Below, in pieces: positions 59,089-64,000 of a DNA stretch of 64,000 nucleotides. Position numbers and translations under genes: made by a program. The notes under the pieces are model-generated. The model saw only the letters and a program-made list of their open reading frames with translations, did no database searches and was not told the DNA's origin. This DNA comes from Candidatus Krumholzibacteriota bacterium (GTDB taxonomy: Bacteria; Krumholzibacteriota; Krumholzibacteriia; JAJRXK01): the NCBI GenBank assembly GCA_963764625.1, contig CAVXTH010000007.1:160001-224000 (forward strand), read 5' to 3'. Position 1 is the first letter of the stretch, and the number at the start of each line of letters is the position of its first letter.

Positions 59089-62000
59089 ATGGGTCGTAAT
59101 GCCCGGCACTTCCCGCGGCTCAGCGCCCGTCGCGGATTGGTCCTGACGCTCATTCTGGGCGTCATCGTGGTTTTGTTCCCATTGCTCGTACCCAGGGTCC
59201 TGCCCTTCGGAACCGGTCTCCTCAATCGGATGCTCGCGCGTGTCACCACGGTACCCGGAGCGAGATTGACGGTCGGCGAACTGCACGGCAGTTCACTCAC
59301 GAATCTCGAATTGCTCGACCTGAGGCTGACACGCGAGAGATCGGCGCTTGCGGTGGCGGATACGGTCAGGATCGGCCTTCGTCTCTGGCCACTCCTGAGC
59401 GGGCATATCGATCTTCGCACGCTCCAGATTGCAGGACTGCATGTCTCGCGAGAAATCCTGAACTCTGAAGTGAAGACAGGCGACGGGAAGCCTACCTCCT
59501 GGAAGGAGGTCTTGCGCGGAGATCTCTATCATGGTCCCGCTCTGCACGTGGAGCAATTGACCGTGCGCGACGGCAATTTTGGAAGCCATGCTCCCTCGAT
59601 CTCAGGTGCCAATATCGTTGCAAGTAATCTGCGGGTCGCACCTTATGTGATTTGCGAACTCGATCAACTCTCGCTGCGCTATAACCCCGCTCCGCCGGAT
59701 TCCGGGCAGGTCGATCTTTGGCTGTCCGCTTCGCTCTCACCCACGAAACTCCTCGTCGACACTCTGCGGGTAAGGCGCGCGCAGAGCGAGGCGACGGGAC
59801 GTCTCTCGCTCGCCTTTGGCACGGACGGCGGGATTCAACAGATGGCGGTCGCAGTGAATGCGGATTCCCTGGATCTTGCCGATTTGAAACTGCTGCCGGG
59901 TATGCCAAGCATGCACGGAAAGATGCTCCTGAGCGCTGAACTTCGGGGCCCAACGCTCGATCAGTTGGACGGGCGAGTTCATGTGGGGTGGGCAAGCAGT
60001 GGAAGTTGGGACGACGAATTTGCAGGCCTCGAACTTCACGGCGCAACTCGAGGGAGGACGGGCCGAACTGGTTGGCAGAACCGCGCTCGGTGGCGCCGAC
60101 GTCGACGTCAGTGGCTGGATACGGCCCCTGGATGAGGCACCCAGCTATGAATTGAGTCTAACCACTGATGAGCCGCTCCTCCTGCCCGGTCTCGAGGCTC
60201 TCCGAGAACGCACGAGCTCGCGTTGGCAGCCTCGGGGCACTCTTCAGTTGAGAGGAAGGGGGTACGGACCGCAAGAACTGCAGGTTGTGGGGGCACTCGA
60301 GGAAGGTGATTCGCGGATCGAATGGAAAGCCGAGCTTGGCCCACCGCCCGAGAGAGCATGGAAGCTCAGTCAGCTGACTTTGAAGGATCTCGATCTGGCG
60401 TCCATCTTCGACGGCGTCCCCAGCACTCTACTCGACGGGACGCTCAGTGCGCGCGGGCAGCTCGAGGATCTGGCATCGCAATCACCGCTAGTGTCTGTGC
60501 AGACGAACCTCCTTCGCCGTCTCAGTGCTGAGGGAAGGATCGAACTGCGGAGCACTGCGATTGCTCAAAAGACGAGAACCAGGGGCACGATCGAGATCCA
60601 GTTGCGTTCAGGTGAGCTAAAGCTCTCCACGATCATCAACTCGGATGCGGGAAAGCTCAGCTTCAAGGCTGCGTCGCGTCCGTTCGATGCTCAGCCCAAG
60701 CTCGTCCTGTCCGACGGTGAGTTCAAAGACCTCGACCTCAGTTCGTGGGCTCCCGGCTTTCCAGGGACCCAGATGAATGGGGGTTTCCTCGGCGAGATCG
60801 AGCTGAGGCGCCAAGGCACCCTGGAGGTTCGCGTCGCACCTTCACGAGTGGGCACACGCGAACTCTCCGGGGGCACACTCAAGGCCACCCTCGCGGACGA
60901 TCAGCTCGTGTTGGCCAGCCACCTCGAGTTGGAATCACAGGCCGTCGAGCTGCTGGGAAATGCCCGGATTGATAAGGGAAACCTTCACGGGAGTGTCAGC
61001 GCGACTCTGCCTCTCGGTTTCTTGGCAAGTTACGTCACTCGGGACTCACTTCCGACAGACGGTAGTGTCACCATCGACGCCGAGTTTGCCAATCTCTCAG
61101 GAGTGAGTCCACGGGTCGAAACGAGAATTGCGGCCCGGGGGAAAATCGGCGCGTGCACGATTGATTCTCTCCAGGCCACGGCACGGTTGGAGAACGGCGT
61201 GCTCGTCGTGGATTCCCTCGAACTTCTCTCGAACGTGGGCACGATCCACGCCTCTGGAGAACTGGTTCGATCGGATTCCTCTTGGTCCAGGGAATCTGAC
61301 TTCCACGCGTCACTGGTGGTGAGCGATCCTCGACCGGCGCTCGAAACTTTCGATGCGACCCGGATGAGTCCAAAGCTACAGGCGATTTTTCGTCACCTGG
61401 AATCGGCGCAATCCGAGCTGAGCTTACAAGGAGACAGTCTTGGCGCGGAGATCAACGTGCGATTCGACACCGGACAGTCCGTCGATCTGGTGGGAGGCGC
61501 CACGCAAGCCGGCGACACCACGCAAATCTGGCTCACGCGGGCGCAGACGCAGAATACATCCACTGGCTTACGCCTGCTCCGCCCAGCTGAAATCACCTTG
61601 ATGCCGCAGCGACTGGAGATTGGATCGCTACAGTTGGAAGTCGGGGAGGGGCAGATCTTCATCGACGGCACATTCGACCGTCGTGGGGAGGAAGATTTCC
61701 GAATCGAAGCGCAGGGTATCGATCTCGCCTCCATCACGAATGTGCTCGGAACCAATTCTTTCGATGGACGTCTCGACGGTTCGATCGAAGTTAGAGGTAC
61801 CGCGGCCAAACCCGAGGCGACGGGTACTTTGCGGATCGCTTCCATCGTCAAGGGCGCCACGGGAGGAGTCACAGCCTTGCAGGCTAGTTGGGATGGCATG
61901 TCGGCGGAGCTGCGCGCGGTATTCCATTCCCCGGAGAGCGATTCGCTCGTTGTCGTCGCCACCGTGCCGCTGGCCTCACCCTTCGGCGACGCGGAGCCCC

Positions 62001-63422
62001 GCGCAGTCGGGACAAGCCGACAGCTTAGTGACAGTACGCATCGACGCCCGGAATTTTCCTCTCGACGCGCTTTCATCTGTGCTACCAGCGCAAATCCTGA
62101 GTGGTGTGGGTGGTCGTCTCGATGCGCAGCTACGACTGGCGGGTTCGATGGGCCGACTGAAGGGCGACGGTCCGCTAGCGATTCGCGATGGCGAATTCGA
62201 ACTGCCTTCTTTAGGCGTCTCCTATTCGGGGCTGCAGTTGGACGCGGCGCTTTCCGGGGATCGCTTCGTCTTGCGCCAAGCATCCATCAAATCGCAAGGT
62301 GGCGAGTTGAATCTGACTGGAGATGTTCGTTTGTCCTGGATGGACGAGATCGAACCCAGGCTGAGTCTCGTGGTGCACGAGTTTCCTCTTGCAGATACTC
62401 CCGATCTTCGTTTGCTCGCCTCGGGAGAGCTGAAATTCGAAGGGAGCCTTCGCGCCCCGGTACTGCATGGCAGTTTGAATCTGAAAGACTGTGTCTACTA
62501 TCTCGCGCCGGATGTGTTGAATGAGGCACCGAGCAAATCGGAAATCGTGCTCACTCCCGACGACCTACGCATGCTCGCGGATAACTTTGATTATCAGGTC
62601 CGGGATTCTGGAGTCGCGGTACGCGAAGCGTTCAACCGGGCCGAACTGGATCTTCGAGTTTCCCTGGAGCGGAACAACTGGCTCCGTAAGCGTGCTTCCC
62701 CTCGCCTCGCCATGGAAGTCACGGGTGATGTTCATGCTCAAAAATCGTCAGGCGGTGAGCTCGAACTGTACGGTAGTCTAGTTCCGACATCCGGTAGAGG
62801 CTACATCGAGCACTGGGGTCGTACCTTCGACATCGTCGATGGCGAAGTGTTGCTCAACGGGGGATTGGAGGACCACACGATCGATCTGGCGGCGACTTAC
62901 ACCGTGCGATCGCCGCGAGGGGCCGGTGAACCCGAAGTGGTCGTGAAATTCGAAATCCAAGGGCGAACCGACAATCTGAATCTCATTGTCTCTTCTGAAC
63001 CGGCCCTGACGGAATCTGAGATCCTCTCGTACATCACCACCGGCCGCAGTCCGGTTCGATCGCAGACGAATTCTCAGAAGAGTGGAAACGATGCGATGAA
63101 CTTGGCCGCGGACTTCGGCTTGTCACAGGTCACTGGTGGATTGCAGAGCTCAGTGCAGGAAAAGACCGGGTTCGACGTACTGCAAGTACGATACGATCCC
63201 GTACTTGGGGCGACTCTCGTGGCAGGACGATACCTGGATCCTAGACTCTACGCGACCTTCGAACAGCCGCTTCAATACCGCAAGTCGTCCGCGACCACGG
63301 GCCAACGGCCCTATGCCACTTCTGTAGGTCTCGAGTACGAACTCGAGCGCTGGCTCCTCGTGAATCTCCACGCCGAATCCTCTCTGCTGCGCGCCATGCT
63401 GAGGGCTCGTCATGAGTACTGA
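59089..63422 (+). CDS. tamB: Translocation/assembly module TamB-like protein (frameshifts near 60040 and 62030)
   Basis: N-terminal TM, long beta-taco-like repeats, C-terminal SSEPALTESEILSYITTG...GRYL...GLEYEL (DUF490-like). Confidence 0.8.
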
Positions 63423-64000
63423 GCATTTAGAGCACCAAAGCTGTGTGGGTATCCGGTGGTTGGGAATTCTGATCCTCCTGATCATCCTCAACGATTCCTC
63501 GATCGCTCCGGCAGCCCCGATTCATGTCGGTGCCGACACGGTGGTTCGCTCGCTCCAGCTCAAAGGCGTGCAAAGTCTCTCCGAGTCGCGATTGCGCAGA
63601 TTGCTTCGCACTCACGACCGAGGAGCAGCCTGGAACATTCGTTCAGCCCTCGGCAAGCTCCCGCTCATTCCCTCGCCTACGGCCGATCCGTTCGATCCAA
63701 GGGTCTTGCAAGAAGACGTTGTACGTCTTCGTGAGGCCTACCATTCCGCTGGCTTCATCGACACCCAAGTTCGGTACGAAGTGGAAGCCAAGAACGACGA
63801 CAAGCTCTTGGACATAACGATTGTCGTAAAAGAAGGCAGACCTTTGACGATCAGCGATGTAGGGATCTATCGCGCGGACTCGTTGACTACACTGCAAGTG
63901 CCTCCGGACTTGAGTAGGGGCTGGGCACGGCTCGAAGTTCGAGCACAATCACTGATCGGCGGGCGTTTCGATTCCAGAGCAGTGCTTCAGGAGCGGGACC
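63412..64000 (+). CDS. TamA/BamA-family Omp85 protein, N-terminal POTRA region (partial, with indels)
   Basis: Signal peptide; FDPRVLQEDVVRLREAYHSAGF...ITIVVKEGRPLTISDV POTRA pattern; overlaps the tamB stop. Confidence 0.7.
   Translation, partial: MSTEHLEHQSCVGIRWLGILILLIILNDSSIAPAAPIHVGADTVVRSLQLKGVQSLSESRLRRLLRTHDRGAAWNIRSALGKLPLIPSPTADPFDPRVLQEDVVRLREAYHSAGFIDTQVRYEVEAKNDDKLLDITIVVKEGRPLTISDVGIYRADSLTTLQVPPDLSRGWARLEVRAQSLIGGRFDSRAVLQERD

Noticed and set aside
1-64000. rRNA, tRNA, CRISPR, IS, integrase, prophage or defence systems
   Set aside because: None recognised by eye; a tRNAscan/Infernal run would be needed to exclude small RNAs.
59089-64000. TamB/TamA as the machinery for the short C-terminal motif
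   Set aside because: A widespread module more than 30 kb from the tagged genes; nothing in the sequence links them.

Overview
A GC-rich (~63-65% by eye) diderm bacterial genome fragment. The inferred source is an FCB-superphylum candidate lineage such as Krumholzibacteriota, Latescibacterota or Eisenbacteria, based on many secreted proteins with PNPFNP/FlgD-type C-terminal domains. 1-13.9 kb is a beta-1,3-glucan (laminarin-type) utilisation locus: a clan GH-A hydrolase fused to a probable beta-barrel, GH1, GH149 phosphorylase, GH16, a GPH-family MFS transporter, GH17 and two paralogous secreted proteins, with a shared palindromic operator and no SusC/SusD in view. Next come secreted modular proteins, norR-ric with a qNor remnant, a cohesin/dockerin protein, a 19-heme cytochrome c fused to cytochrome b, three Hanks-type kinases, msrBA, a TetR-TolC-HlyD-ABC efflux operon, a TonB-dependent receptor, LpxR, a sugar ABC transporter and tamB/tamA. 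The most striking signal is a gap-free ~16-residue C-terminal motif, [AP][IV]x[AV]xxxS[WF][GS]x[VLI]Kxx[FY]. It ends three unrelated secreted proteins, and in one paralog pair it replaces the FlgD/T9SS-like C-terminal domain, which makes it a candidate protein-sorting signal. Many genes after ~20 kb carry single-base indels that look like long-read consensus errors. All calls are by eye, with no database searches.
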